A stretch of 64,000 nucleotides of DNA, from positions 26,722,001-26,786,000 of the forward strand of contig OZ024755.1 in NCBI GenBank assembly GCA_964016885.1. Reading direction: 5' to 3'. The notes under the pieces were generated by a model, which had not been told where the DNA came from, made no database searches, and worked only from the letters and a program-made list of their open reading frames with translations. The translations under genes were made by a program, and so were the position numbers. Source of the stretch: Eledone cirrhosa. Lineage: Eukaryota. Positions 24,850 through 38,284 of the stretch are shown piece after piece (the stretch's first letter is position 1; each line of letters opens with the position of its first letter).

Positions 24850-25520
24850 TTGTTGTAGAAGAAACAGGAAGACAACAACTAATCTATTATAGTGACACTT
24901 TTTATTTCCATTCAGAACATTATTGATGCTACTTGGGAATGTTCGGACTATTTGGATGTAAATTGCTCTACACGGTTATAGTCTTTTTTGGCAGTTACTG
25001 CCAAAATCTGGTCCAAGTCTTGTTTAGTTTGAAGAGTTTTGTGGCTCGTGTTAAACATCTTATCCAAAATGTCTGTTGAACATTTGAGTGGCTTTAGCAG
25101 CCGTTCTTGTGAAGGTTTTAATGTTCACGTTGTTGTTGTCATTTGTGTTGTTTTCTGTGTTGCTGTGGTAGTGGCGGTATTGGGGTTTGCGCTAGTGTTG
25201 CTTTTGTTGCGTTCATGTTATTCATTGTGTGTGTGGATAGCGACGGTGTTAAACTTGGAAATTCACTGTAATAACTTTCCAGTGCTGAGTTGTTGATGTT
25301 CTTGTTATTGCCGCTGCTGCTGATCTTGTTGCTGCTGTCACTAATTTGTAACATTTCGCTATTCCGTTTTGCAGATGGCTGTTTCTTCTTTTCGGCGGGC
25401 GAACATTCCTCGTCTGCCATCTTTCTGGTTTTTTGGGGTTTTTTTTATTTTGTTTGTTTTTACAATTTTACAAAACTTCAGGTGTGTGTGAGCAAAACAA
25501 ACCCCTGTTTAGCTCCTAAG
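24850..25520 (-). mobile_element. Possible 5' end and ORF1 remnant of a LINE
   Basis: GGAGCT...CACAC 5'-like motif followed by low-complexity ORF MADEECSPAEKKKQ...EFPSL. Confidence 0.35.
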
Positions 25521-25699
25521 GGCTACAGATGAAGAGAGACTGACCAGCTCACAAGAATAATGCTGGTGTGTTCAAATGTGTATCAACAAATGTTCAACAA
25601 AAAAGACTTTGGAAACAGGTGAATACACAACAAACTTACGGAGCTAAAATAAACTATGTGAAGCGTTTAGAAACAAATATAATAATTCGAGTGTAAACA

Positions 25700-26345
25700 C
25701 CTAGCCCAGACTCACTATAAAGGCTGGAGGCACGATATAATAAATAATTTACCACATTCTGGGAAGTGGTAATGAGAATAAGTTAGAGTCGGTGATAGAA
25801 AATGATCGAGTGAAGGTGTTATGCGATTTCAGGATACAGTCAGACAAGAAATTAGAACACAATAGGCCTGATCTGGTGGTTTTTGACAAGGAAAAAAGAT
25901 CGTGCCTGATTGTAGATGTAGCCTGCCTCTTTGACAAAAGAGTGCAAGAAAAGGAGAAGGAGAAAATTAACCGATACCAGGATTTAAAGTGGGAATTAAA
26001 AAGTATTTGGGACTGTCATGAGATCAAGGTCGTCCCGATTGTCATAGAAACATTAGGTACTATCTCAAAGAGTTTTCAAGGATGGTTTTTAACACTTCAA
26101 AAGGCATGCTTGCTGGGAACAGCAAGAACCCTCCGATACGTCCTGAATATCTGAGACTGCAGGTAGAGCGCCTTGATGTTCATTTGAACAAACTTTCCAG
26201 TTAAATAACTGTTTCTACTTTAGACACAAGGCCAGCAATTACCCAGTGTATTACTGGTACTTTATTTTATCGACTTTCCAGTTAAATAACATCAATGACT
26301 GAGACTCCAAAAAAAAAAAAAAAAAAATAATAATAATAATAATAA
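25700..26345 (+). mobile_element. R4/Dong-like RLE 3' fragment ending in A-run/(TAA)n, carrying a truncated SINE
   Basis: RHD...ENDRVKVLCDFRIQSD..EHNRPDLVV...IVDVAC..EK..RYQDL..VVPIVI.TLG..LQKACLLGTA. SINE tail at 26210-26272 flanked by 18-bp TSD ACTTTCCAGTTAAATAAC. Confidence 0.9.
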
Positions 26346-26926
26346 TGTAGAAGTGAAAGTGTCATAAAGCAATGTTTATCAATAGATAGATATCTGAATA
26401 TTTATAAATGACTTCTATAATGAAACAATAAACACAGGAACAGTGGCAACGCCACGACAGCGGAGAATTATCATTGTGAGATACCGACCCAAACGGCACT
26501 TTGTTAGAAAAAATATCATCTTTTAAGTGCTCTTCGGCCATTAGTAATTTAGCATGAAACATTATCAATGTTTTAACATCGATATTTGCACAAGTTTATT
26601 TGCATAATGGGTGGTATACATTAAATATGTTAGGACCACTGTAGAGTAGGAGAAAATCTCAAGGATTGGTTTTCGATTTATTGCTGAAGTTTTATTTATT
26701 TATATCTCTAATGTATTTGAGAAAGCCATTAAAGCCACTACTTCTCAAACAATACCACTACTTCTAACCATTGAAATATAGTAGCCATTAAAGCTAGTTA
26801 AATGAAACATTATGCCCGAGTTAATAGATTAATGAATGCTTGTGATGACAAAAGACGAAACATTTAGCCCTTTAGTTGATATTTGAACTTACTAACACGC
26901 ACCGTTGCCTGTATTAAATATATAAT

Positions 26927-27150
26927 GGTTTCTTATATAGGCACAAGGCCAGCAACTTTTTTGGGGGGTGGGGGTGTGGGGTCGATTAAATCGACCCCCG
27001 TGCGTGACTGGTACTATATTTTATCGACACCGTAAGGATGAAAGGCAAAGTGAACCTCGACCGGATTTGAACTCAGATCATAAAGGGTCGTAACTCTTTG
27101 CTGCAGAGCATAGCGTCCGACCCTCTTCCAATACGACCAATCCACCGCCC
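26927..27150 (-). mobile_element. Full-length family A SINE with TSD
   Basis: Flanked by TGTATTAAATATATAAT on both sides. Confidence 0.9.
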
Positions 27151-27999
27151 TTGTATTAAATATATAATAGTCTTTTTTATCGTGGAAAGGCACATGACGT
27201 AGTAGTTAGGGTGTTGGGATTACGATCGTAAGATCGTAAGTTCGAATACCAGACGGAGAGGTAAGTTGCATCCTTACACAAAACACCTTATTTCACATTG
27301 CTTCAGCTGGCAAAATTGAGTTGCACATGTAATTCAAATTCAAAAGGGTTAGCCTTATCATACTTTGTGTCACGCTGAATCTCCCTGAGAAATGCGCTAA
27401 GAGTGCATAAATTTATATGTCTGTGGCTGGGGAAAAGTAAAATGGATTAACTCGACTCCAGTATATGACTGGTGCTTATTTCATTGACTGAAGAATGGCG
27501 AATAGCAAAGTCGATCTTGGTGTGATTTCAACTTAACGCTTAAAGAGACATTTAAATAGATAATTCACCTTTACTAAAATTTATTTATGGTGTTGAGTCG
27601 GATAGAATACCTGTTGGTATTTGTTACGCTTATCTACCTTCTGAGTTCAAATCGCACCGTACCGATACTGCCAATCCACTATCCTTTGGCTGTACAATAA
27701 TTTCAAAATTGCCTTGAAAGTTTTAGAAATGCGACCCGCCTTATCATAAGCCACATCCTATGTGGCCCACTGCTCGAAAAAGGTTGCCCATGCCTAGTGT
27801 AGATTAATAATTGATTCAAGGCCATCAATTATCCCAGTGCAATACTGGTGCTTTATTTTATCGACCCCGTAAGGATGAAAGGCAAAGTTAACCTCGGCGA
27901 GATTTGAACTCAGACCCAAGAATTATTATAATGACTGGGGGAAATGTCCAGTAATGTCTTTGGCGAGTGATAATAAAGTTATCTATGTCTATTACAATA

Positions 28000-28161
28000 C
28001 GAGGGGAGGCTGAAAGGAGGCATGCTTGCATGCATTACTTTCAACTCTTCTTATTAATAACCGCATTATTTCTTTCAAGGGACTATGTTGAAAAATAAAC
28101 CTCATTTGGTCATTCCAAGAGAGTATCTTAGTCAGCTTATGAACTTTTCAGCCGAACCTCG
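28000..28161. mobile_element. Mariner-type MITE, second copy
   Basis: TA|CGAGGGGAGGCTGAAA...TTTTCAGCCGAACCTCG; body is the reverse complement of 13771-13955. Confidence 0.75.
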
Positions 28162-29379
28162 TGTATGTTATTACTTTCCGAATAAAGATTTATTATAATC
28201 CACTCTATTTCCACAATTAATATGCAGATTTGATTTCCTAATTTAAAATGAGGAAAAAAATAAAACACTATTTTCCTTTGCAGTTAATTACAATTTGTCA
28301 AAGACTAAAACATTCCAATGATGCTGTTTTCAAATTCATGTGGTTTTCGTGAATAACATGGGGTTAATTATTATTTATTCTTAAGTCAGTTTTACACATT
28401 TCTTAATGAATAACAACTGTTCGACGAATTTGTGGTTTTCAGAAAATTCAGCAATAAAAAGCATGAAATTAGTTAATTTAAATTTATTGAGCACATGATG
28501 GAAATACTTTTTGTTTTTACGTACACCCAAGGGTTTAATTAAAATTCATTTCTAATATTTTGATTTATATATAATGATTTTAAATTTAGGCACAAGGCCA
28601 ACAATTTGCGGGAAGGGAAAAGTCAATTACATCGACCTTAGTACGTAACAGGTACTTTATTTTATCGACCTCAGAAGGATAAAAGACAAAATTGACCTCG
28701 GCAGGATTAGAACTCAGAACATAAAAGGTCGGAGCAAATATAGTCCAATACACCAGTCTTGATTTCTATATAATGGTTTCTGATTTAGGCACAAGATCAT
28801 CAATTTTAGAGGAGAGGAAGCCGATTAAATCGATTTGGTATCTATATATTTGTTTCTACCTTTGGCACAAGGCCAGCCGTTATCTCAGTACATTACTGGT
28901 ACTTTATTTTATCGACCTCGTAAGGATGACATGCAAAGTTAACCGCGGCGGGATTTCACACTGAGACCATAAAGAGGTGTAACTCTATGCTGCATAGCAT
29001 GGGGTCCGATCCTCAACTGATACTGCCAATCCACCACTTGGTATCTATAACAATTAAAACTACAACATTTTTATCTTATCAGACTCTAAATGTGGAACAG
29101 TAATCCATGCTTTTCCATATATGTATAGCATTACATTTTTCAGTCTATAATAATAATTAAAAAAATGCTTAAATGTAGTTTTAATATCCCGGTTTATGTC
29201 TAATTCTGACAGACGATATTCTAATAATTCAGATTACTAGTTAAAGCAATAACAACTTAGAGGGTATTGTGCTCTATTCGTTTTTAAAAACATTATAAGC
29301 TTATAAAAGCACATTTCCTCTAATACTGCATATAAATAAACGTCTAGAACGGGAAAAGCCGTTGTTTCTCGGGATAAGT

Positions 29380-30470
29380 AAGTGTATAATATATATGTGA
29401 CAAGATGTATAATATATATGTGACATGACGTATAATATATATGTGACAAATGTATAATATATATGTCACAAATGTATAATATATATGTGACAAATGTATA
29501 ATATATATGTGACAAGATGTATAATATATATGTGACAAGATGTATAATATATATGAGACAAGATGTATAATATATATGTGACAAGTGTATAATATATATG
29601 TGACAAGTGTATAATATATATGTGACAAGTGTATAATATATATGTGACAAGATGTATAATATATATGTGACAAGATGTATAATATATATGTGACAAGATG
29701 TATAATATATATGTGACAAGTGTATAATATATATGTGACAAGTGTATAATATATATGTGACAAGATATATAATATATATGTGATAAGATGTATAATATAT
29801 ATGTGACAAGTGTATAATATATATGTGACAAGTGTATAATATATATGTGACAAGTGTATAATATATATGTGACAAGATGTATAATATATATGTGACAAGT
29901 GTATAATATATATGTGACAAGTGTATAATATATATGTGACAAGTGTATAATATATATGACCAGTGTATAATATATATGTGACAAGTGTATAATATATATG
30001 TGACAAGTGTATAATATATATGTGACAAGTGTATAATATATATGTGACAAGATGTATAATATATATGTGACAAGCGTAGAATATATATGTGACAAGATGT
30101 AGAATATAAATGTGACAAGATGTATAATATATATGTGGCAAGATGTATAATATATATGTGACAAGTGTATAATATATATGTGACAAGTGTATAATATATA
30201 TGTGACAAGATATATAATATATATGTGATAAGTGTATAATATATATGTGACAAGTGTATAATATATATGTGACAAGTGTATAATATATATGTGACAAGAT
30301 ATATAATATATATGTGATAAGTGTATAATATATATGTGACAAGTGTATAATATATATGACCAGTGTATAATATATATGTGACAAGTGTATAATATTTATG
30401 TGACAAGATGTGTAAAATATATGTGACAAGTGTTTAATGTGACAAGATGGATAATATAGATGCGACAAGA
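29380..30470. repeat. 22/23-bp minisatellite G(A)TGTATAATATATATGTGACAA, ~48 copies
   Basis: Direct tandem repeat; explains the 389-aa ORFs. Confidence 0.97.
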
Positions 30471-30899
30471 TGTAGTGCATCTCTTCCCACGTTGCAACTT
30501 TTTCAAGCTGCATTACAAATATAAAATTCTTTAAACTCGATAAACGATCATGTATGAGGATTCCGTTGACATTCCAATATGCCGCAATTGAGACTGTTTA
30601 ATTTTGTTCGGCTGACTTAAAAACTAAAACACCGTAGATTAGAGCCATATTGATTTTCGAGGTTTCATAACATACAATGAAACGAAAAAATATTTTTTGG
30701 TGTAGTTACTACAAATCCTCCAAGTCTTCAGAAATATCAAACCAAGTAGGAACAGACAAGCTTATAGCATATAGAAACATCTAAAAGGCAAAAGAAAAGT
30801 TAGCGAAAGGTCAGATTAATTTATTTGTACGAAAGTTCTGGTTTTCATGTAAACATTTTCTGAAAAAACAATCCTATCAATGCTAGATTAATTTGCTTT

Positions 30900-30986
<87 letters not shown>

Positions 30987-31144
30987 GAAAATTTTCGCTC
31001 TACATAGCTCAATATAATAAATGTAATCTGAGTTTTTCGAATATTAATAATAACATCCGATTCGTTTGCAATTATGCAAACAAGCCTCAATTTTATAGCC
31101 ATGTCAGTAGAATGAACCCTTCATTCTTGCTCTTGTGTTGGCAT

Positions 31145-31210
31145 ATGAACAGAAATGCAGACACTAATGTTTCTGGGTATCACCCTTCATCAGTACAGCT
31201 CACTGTTCAC
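31145..31210 (-). ncRNA. Type I hammerhead ribozyme (family H3) with extended stem I
   Basis: GTGAACAG TGAGC TGTA-CTGATGA-A GGGT GAT ACCC A-GAAA-CA TTAG TG-TC|TGCA TTT CTGTTCAT; A.A mismatch at the base of stem II. Confidence 0.8.
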
Positions 31211-31648
31211 CTGCCAAACTGTCAAAGCTAGTGAAAATATATGCTATTTTCAAAAATACACAGTGACTGTATATATCGGCCTGATTTGCATATTAGCAGA
31301 CTGGCTAATCAGTCAGATCTGCATATTAGCAGATCCACTGATCAGCCAGATTTGCATATCAGCAGACTGGCCAGTCAGTTTCCTGTATACGATCGATAAA
31401 TGGCCAACTTTGCCAAATTCAAATAAAAAAGAAAATTTTCGCTCTACATGGCTGAATACAATAGATGTAATCTGAGTTTTTCGAATATTAATAATAACAT
31501 TCGATCCGTTTGCAATTATGTAAACAAACTTCAATTTTATAGCCATGCCAACATAAGAGCAAGAATGAAGAGTTCATTCTACTGACATGGCTATAAAATT
31601 GAGGCTTGTTTGCATAATTGCAAACGAATCGAATGTTATTATTAATAT

Positions 31649-31830
31649 GTGGATTGGCAGTATCGGTAGAGGGTCGGATGCCATGCTTTGCAGCAAAGAG
31701 TTACGGCGCTTTACGGTCTGAGTTCAAATCCCGCCGAGGTTAACTTTGCCTTTCATCCTTACGGGGTCGATAAAATAAAGTACCAGTAATGCACTGGGAT
31801 AATTGCTGGCCTCGTGCCAAAAGTAGAAAA
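31649..31830 (+). mobile_element. Family A SINE with ATTATTAATAT TSD
   Basis: Complete head, core and tail with duplicated flank. Confidence 0.9.
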
Positions 31831-32053
31831 AATTATTAATATTCGAAAAGCTCAGATTACATTTATTATGTATATATATATATGTGTGTGTGTGTGAATG
31901 AAGTAATTCCGTCGGAAAGGTCCAGGAAAAAAGAGTGCTCTATGTAGGTTACAGAGCTTATTAGTTATGTAATAAACAACATAAGATAATTATTTCATTT
32001 ACAAGTGGTTTCTTGAATTTTAAAATCGACTGTCAATAAATACACCAGGATTT

Positions 32054-32114
32054 TTTCATTCTGATGACTGAAAGCAAATTTTGCTTGCTTTCAAGAAACC
32101 ACTGGTAAATGAAA
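32054..32114 (+). ncRNA. Type I hammerhead ribozyme (family H4)
   Basis: TTTCATT-CTGATGA(32061)-C TGAAAGCAA...TTGCTTTCA A-GAAA(32095)-CC ACT GG-TA|AATGAAA; inverted partial copies at 31968-32018 and 32226-32262. Confidence 0.75.
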
Positions 32115-32137
32115 TAATTATCTTAAGTTGTTTATTG

Positions 32138-32227
<90 letters not shown>

Positions 32228-32254
32228 GTTATGTAATAAACAACATAAGATAAT

Positions 32255-32286
<32 letters not shown>

Positions 32287-32593
32287 GTGTAGATAAATCT
32301 ACCAAAAGTTTACGGTAGTGTCCAATCCGTATGAAGAACTCCCATGCATGAACTTTTTTTGTTTAATATAAGGAACTGTTTCTTTGTTTTATTCATTATT
32401 TTTTTAATATTTTATATATATATATATATATTTATGTCTATGTGTGTGCATATATTTGTGTATATACACATGTACACTTGCATACAAGCAAACATACATA
32501 CATTCATACATACATACATACATACATACATACATACATACATACATACATACATACATACATACATACATACATACATACATACATACATCA

Positions 32594-32628
<35 letters not shown>

Positions 32629-32944
32629 ACAGTCAATGTTCAGTAAAAGAAATGGGAAACAATCGAGATTTTTTAACAATTCTTCATTATGAACGTATTG
32701 ATTTGTAAAAGGAAAAAGGATAAAAAAAAAATACTTAAATGAAATTCCTTACGAGACAAAACATTTCATATGTAAAATAAATTATCTATATTCAACTATT
32801 GTTGCTGCATCTCACTAAAGACCTCTTCTACAAACAGCATCCCTTTAATTCCCAAGAAAATATATGGGAATAAAATATTTATTAATTTGTTGGGAGTTAC
32901 GTTGGTCGACATCCAGAGAATTTGATTATTTGTACGTTTATTGA

Positions 32945-33270
32945 AGGTGATGAATTGTTAGAATCGTTAAAATGTCGGATAGAATGATTTGCAGAGTTCG
33001 TTGTGGTTCTCTGAGCTCTGAGTTCAGCTTTGCCTTTTATCCTTTCTAGGTTGATAAAGAAGTACCAGTTTAGTATTGAGGTCGATACGTTCTCTATATC
33101 TCCTTATCATTTTCCTCTCTCTCACTTTCTATCTTTCTCTGAAAGAAATCTGTTTTACTCAGGCCTGGAGAGGGGTGGGCTCTGACAGGCTTAAAACGCC
33201 CAAGAGACGCCGTATGTCAATACGGCGTCCCTACGACTCTCTCAGGAGTTACGGGACCATATATACAAAA
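32945..33270 (+). mobile_element. Family A SINE with alternative tail
   Basis: Tail carries the hairpin GACGCCGTATGTCAATACGGCGTC. Confidence 0.65.
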
Positions 33271-33411
33271 ATATACAATAACATGTCACACTTTACAATC
33301 ACGTGGTTCTCAGTTCAGTCCTTCTACGCAACACCTTGGGCAAGTATCTTCTACTATAACCTTGAGTGGAATTTGGTAGACAAAAGCTGCAGGAGCCCAT
33401 CGTATATATAC

Positions 33412-33497
<86 letters not shown>

Positions 33498-34090
33498 CTG
33501 TCTGTGTATGTGTGTGTTCTGTGAATGCGCCCGTACCTATGTTTACGTTTGTGTTCGTGCCGATGTCTTGAAACTTAACATTTCGATAATAAAATAAGTA
33601 CCAGACTTTGAAAAATAAGTGCTGGGACCAATATGATTGACTAAATCCAAATAGGGCTCCAGCAAGTCCCCACCCCACCCATCCAGGCTATCTAATGCCT
33701 GAAACAAGTAAAAGAATAACAAAACTATATAAAAATAAATAGAATTGAAGAATATATATAGTTGTTAGAATTGTGCTATAATGATTATTTTCATTTTATA
33801 TTATTTACCATAAAAAAAGTTTAGTTCAGATGTGTTTTAATAAATCTATGCTTGTGGGCGTATGTCCGTATTCTATATGAACGTGAATCCTATAAGTATA
33901 GACACATAAAATGCATTTTAATCCTCTAGATTCGTTGGAATTATTTACAGCTTTTCATAGATTTTTTTTTACTAATTAGAGAAAAGCGAAGGTGGAGATA
34001 AACATATATATGTATATATATATATATATAGGAAAGATGAATAGGATTTGACCGAGTGATATATAAAGATGAAATTGGGAGATAATATAC

Positions 34091-34142
<52 letters not shown>

Positions 34143-34221
34143 TGAAGTATGGGGATAATATACTTAAGAGGGAGAGAGAGAGGGAGTGAGAGAGAAGATA
34201 GAGAGGGAAGAGAAAAAGAGA

Positions 34222-34253
<32 letters not shown>

Positions 34254-34507
34254 ACATAGATAGAGAGAGAGGGAGAGAGAGAGATTGATGAACAAAGAAA
34301 AGAATACATTGGATAGAAATTTTCAAGACGCGATTACCGTTGCATGCATCAGCATAAAATAGACAAATGAGAACGCCAATGATATTTATTTAATGATCTC
34401 ATGGAGATGGCAAACAGATAATATGGGGTGGAGGGGGGGGGGGGGTAAATTCTTTCTTTTTAGATTTGAAATCCATATAATTCGTAAATATTATTGAAAT
34501 TATAGGC

Positions 34508-34975
34508 AAGAAGAAGAAGAAGAAGAAGAAGAAGAAGAAGAAGAAGAAGAAGAAGAAGAAGAAGGAGGAGGAGAAGAAGAAGATGATGAAGGAGGGAGAA
34601 GAAGAAGAAGAAGAAGAAGAAGAAGAAGAAGAAGAAGAAGAAGAAGAAGGAAGAGGAGGAAGAAGAAGAAGATGATGAAGGAGGGAGAAGAAGAAGAAGA
34701 AGAAGAAGAAGAAGAAGAAGAAGGAAGAGGAGGAAGAAGAAGAAGATGATGAAGGAGGGAGAAGAAGAAGAAGAAGAAGAAGGAGGAGGAGGAAGAGGAG
34801 GCGGAAGAAGAAGAAGATGATGAAGGAGGGAGAAGAAGAAGAAGAAGAAGAAGAAGAAGGAGGAAGAGGAGGCGGAAGAAGAGGGAGAAGAAGAAGACGA
34901 AGAAGAAGAAGAAGAAGAAGAAGAAGAAGAAGAAGAAGAAGGAGGAGGAGGAATAGGAGGCGGAAGAAGAAGAAT
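34508..34975. repeat. (GAA)n/(GGA)n repeat with higher-order sub-unit
   Basis: GAAGATGATGAAGGAGGGAGAAG recurs four times. Confidence 0.92.
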
Positions 34976-35983
34976 CAACAAATTTGAAGAATTGTTGATG
35001 CCACCTGCCAAGGAATTGAAAGAAACGAAATCTGTTATGGTCGGTAGCTGGGTTAGAGCTGTGTGGGTTATTATGTTGCTATGGGTTACTGAATTTCGGC
35101 AAAATATATATCCCGCTAAGTGAGCTAATTGAAAAAAAAAGGGAATAAATAAATAAAAAAGACCATGAAATAAATGTTTATTGATCTAAGTTGTAAACAA
35201 CGTTAAAAGTTTGGAGATTATGGTTGTGAAACAAACATTATATCAGAAATTAGGATATAAATGGGGGAAATAATTATTGAAAAATAATAGAAAATTATAT
35301 AGAAAAAATAAATAAATAAAATTTAGTGAAAAAATAAATAAAGTTTAGTAAATAAATAAATAAAGTTTAGTAAAAGGTAGAGAGAAAGGAGATAGGGTGG
35401 AGGGAAAGAAAGAAATGTAAGAAGCGGTAGAGAGAGAGGGGGAGGCGGTTGTCATCGGGGAGGGGGGGAAGGAGTTGTTATGTTATGAGGGAGAAAGAGG
35501 GGGAGGGAGTTGTAATGAGAGAGATAGGGGGGTTGTTATGAGGTAGAGAAGGGAGCTGTTATGAGGGAGAGAGAGGAGTTGCTATAAGGGAGATGTCATG
35601 ATGGAGTTGTTATGAGGGAGAGAGGGAGGGAGTTGTTATGAGATAAATAGAGAGAGGAGTTAAAGAATCCATCGGGTGAAACGCGCGTTCTCAAGTTAAC
35701 TTGTGGAACTAACTTTATACCGAACTGTCCTTTCAATTGAGTCTCTACCAACTTTGGATATAAGCTCCCGGTTTTCTGCCACAATATAAATATATAGTAA
35801 TAATAATAAATGTGAAGACTAAAATCCAAAGAGGGCTCGATAAGGATAAGAACCCTAGACCAAATATTTATTAAAATAAAAGATTAAAGTTTAAGCAAAG
35901 AATCCTTAAGGGTGAAAGCAGCGATTCTTTGCTTAAACTTTTAATCTGTTATTTTTATATATATATATATTATATATATATAT

Positions 35984-36230
35984 AAATTATTTTTGAAAAG
36001 CATTTAGAAATGCGCAACCGGTAAAAACTTAAAAACTTAAAACCACAACTGAATACTAACCCATACAATCACTAATACTCTTTTATTCCTAATTAAACCA
36101 TTTTTCAACAAAATGGTTTAATTAGGAATAAAAGAGTATTAGTGATTGTATGGGTTAGTATTCAGTTGTGGTTTTAAGTTTTTAAGTTTTTACCGGTTGC
36201 GCATTTCTAAATGCTTTTCAAAAATAATTT
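35984..36230. repeat. Perfect palindrome, 121-bp arms, 5-nt spacer
   Basis: 35984-36104 is the exact reverse complement of 36110-36230. Confidence 0.95.
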
Positions 36231-36289
36231 TGAGATAGAGTGTCCGTGCTGTTTGCTCCAAACAGCACGGACACTCTATCTCAAAATTA

Positions 36290-36351
36290 AATTATATTAT
36301 ATATATATTATATATATAAATATTATATATATATATATTATATATATTATA

Positions 36352-36396
<45 letters not shown>

Positions 36397-36457
36397 ATTA
36401 TATATATATATAATATATATATATATATAATATATATATATATTATATATTATATAT

Positions 36458-36523
<66 letters not shown>

Positions 36524-36537
36524 ATATATATATATAT

Positions 36538-36572
<35 letters not shown>

Positions 36573-36637
36573 ATATATATATATATTATATATATATATA
36601 TCATATATATATTATATATATATATATTATATATATA

Positions 36638-36728
<91 letters not shown>

Positions 36729-36940
36729 ATTATATATATATATATTATATATATATATTATATATATACATATATTATATATATATATATTATATATATA
36801 TATTATATATATATATTATATATATATATATATTATATTATATATATATTATATATATATTATATAATATATATATATATATAATATATATATATATATG
36901 TATATTATATACATATAGATATTATATGCAAAAGTTATAG

Positions 36941-37018
<78 letters not shown>

Positions 37019-37220
37019 TTGACATTGCACTCAGTGCTCCTGTGGGAGCCCCTACATGGACACACTAGAAGTGGAAGACCAAGGTTAACGTATGTTGATA
37101 CCCTAAGGACAGACACTGGTCTGTTGGAGACGCAGGACATGGCAGCGATAATGAGGGACAGAGACCGCTGGAGAGAACTCGTCCATGGATCTCGGGAATT
37201 TTATCCACCTTAGATAGATA

Positions 37221-37310
<90 letters not shown>

Positions 37311-37366
37311 ATTATTATTATATATATTATATATATTATATATTATTTTAATATATATATATATAT

Positions 37367-37401
<35 letters not shown>

Positions 37402-37440
37402 ATATATATATATATATATAAATATATATATATATAATAT
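36290..37440. repeat. Long degenerate (TA)n tract
   Basis: Direct reading; hosts the RTE fragment at 37018-37215. Confidence 0.9.
37018..37215 (+). mobile_element. RTE/RTEX-like LINE 3' fragment in (TA)n
   Basis: VLLWEPLHGHTRSGRPRLTYVDTL..DTGL...MRDRDRWR. Confidence 0.85.
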
Positions 37441-37574
37441 TATATATGCAAAAGTTCTATTTAAAATTGTTGAGATACAACAAGTGAATATTTTATAACT
37501 GATATAAAGCACTCGACAAGTTTTTGGATCTAATAGGGTACGACAAAATTATTTATAAAACTGTTTATATATTG

Positions 37575-37639
37575 TATTTTGTCTGATGAAGGCATACCAT
37601 ATTTTAATTTGGTATCCCTGAAATATGTATAATGAAATA
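37575..37639 (+). ncRNA. Minimal type I hammerhead ribozyme (family H1)
   Basis: TATTTTGT-CTGATGA(37583)-AGG C ATACCA...TGGTAT C CCT-GAAA(37620)-T ATGT A-TA|ATGAAATA; flanks homologous to the 3456 and 61118 loci. Confidence 0.78.
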
Positions 37640-37702
37640 AATATGGTTTTATAAATATAGTTTCCATTTATTTAATATCGTATAATATATATATATATAT
37701 AT

Positions 37703-37771
<69 letters not shown>

Positions 37772-37779
<8 letters not shown>

Positions 37780-37990
37780 TAACAGATTAAAGTTTAAAGA
37801 AAGAATCGATTCTTTCACCCTTAACGGGATCTTCTGAGTTTCAGAAGATCCCGTTAAGGGTGAAAGCTGCGATCCTTTGCTTAAACTTTAATCTGTTATT
37901 CTAATAAATATTTGCTCTATGGTTTTATATATTTTATAAATATATTATCCTCATCGAGCCCTCTTCGGATTTTAGTCTTCACTTTTATTA
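37772..37990. repeat. Palindromic dispersed repeat, also found at 35800-35955 and inside the Helitron
   Basis: ~65-bp arms around GTT at ~37838; shared TTAAGGGTGAAAGC.GCGATTCTTTGCTTAAAC and TTATCCT.ATCGAGCC. Confidence 0.8.
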
Positions 37991-38284
37991 TATACTATAT
38001 ATACTATATATATGTATATTTTGGCCCGGCAATCGCTCTGTGTAATCAGCTCCTGATTATTACTGGAATTCTATAAGAATCCAGCTTCTATAATTTTCGG
38101 CAAAGGCAGGTGAGTGCGTGGCTTTGATACACGCCAACCAACGAGAACCAGTTGTCAGCCTCTCTCCCAGCCTTTGCCGAAAATAAGTAAGTGACATAGT
38201 CACCACTTTAAAACTGATAGCGTATGGTCTTCTAAATGTTTTTAATTAAACATACGGTATATTGCCAAATATACTATACATACA

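Larger units (their letters stand above)
30981..31870 (-). mobile_element. Non-coding hammerhead-bearing element (retrozyme/Penelope pLTR-like): direct repeat R 444 bp apart plus an inverted R copy
   Basis: GAAAATTTTCGCTCTAC at 30987 and 31431; hammerhead between the copies; inverted R at 31545-31870 split by a SINE; TA tract at the left end. Confidence 0.75.

Noticed and set aside
29237-30513. 389-aa and 269-aa ORFs
   Set aside because: They are translations of the 22/23-bp minisatellite.
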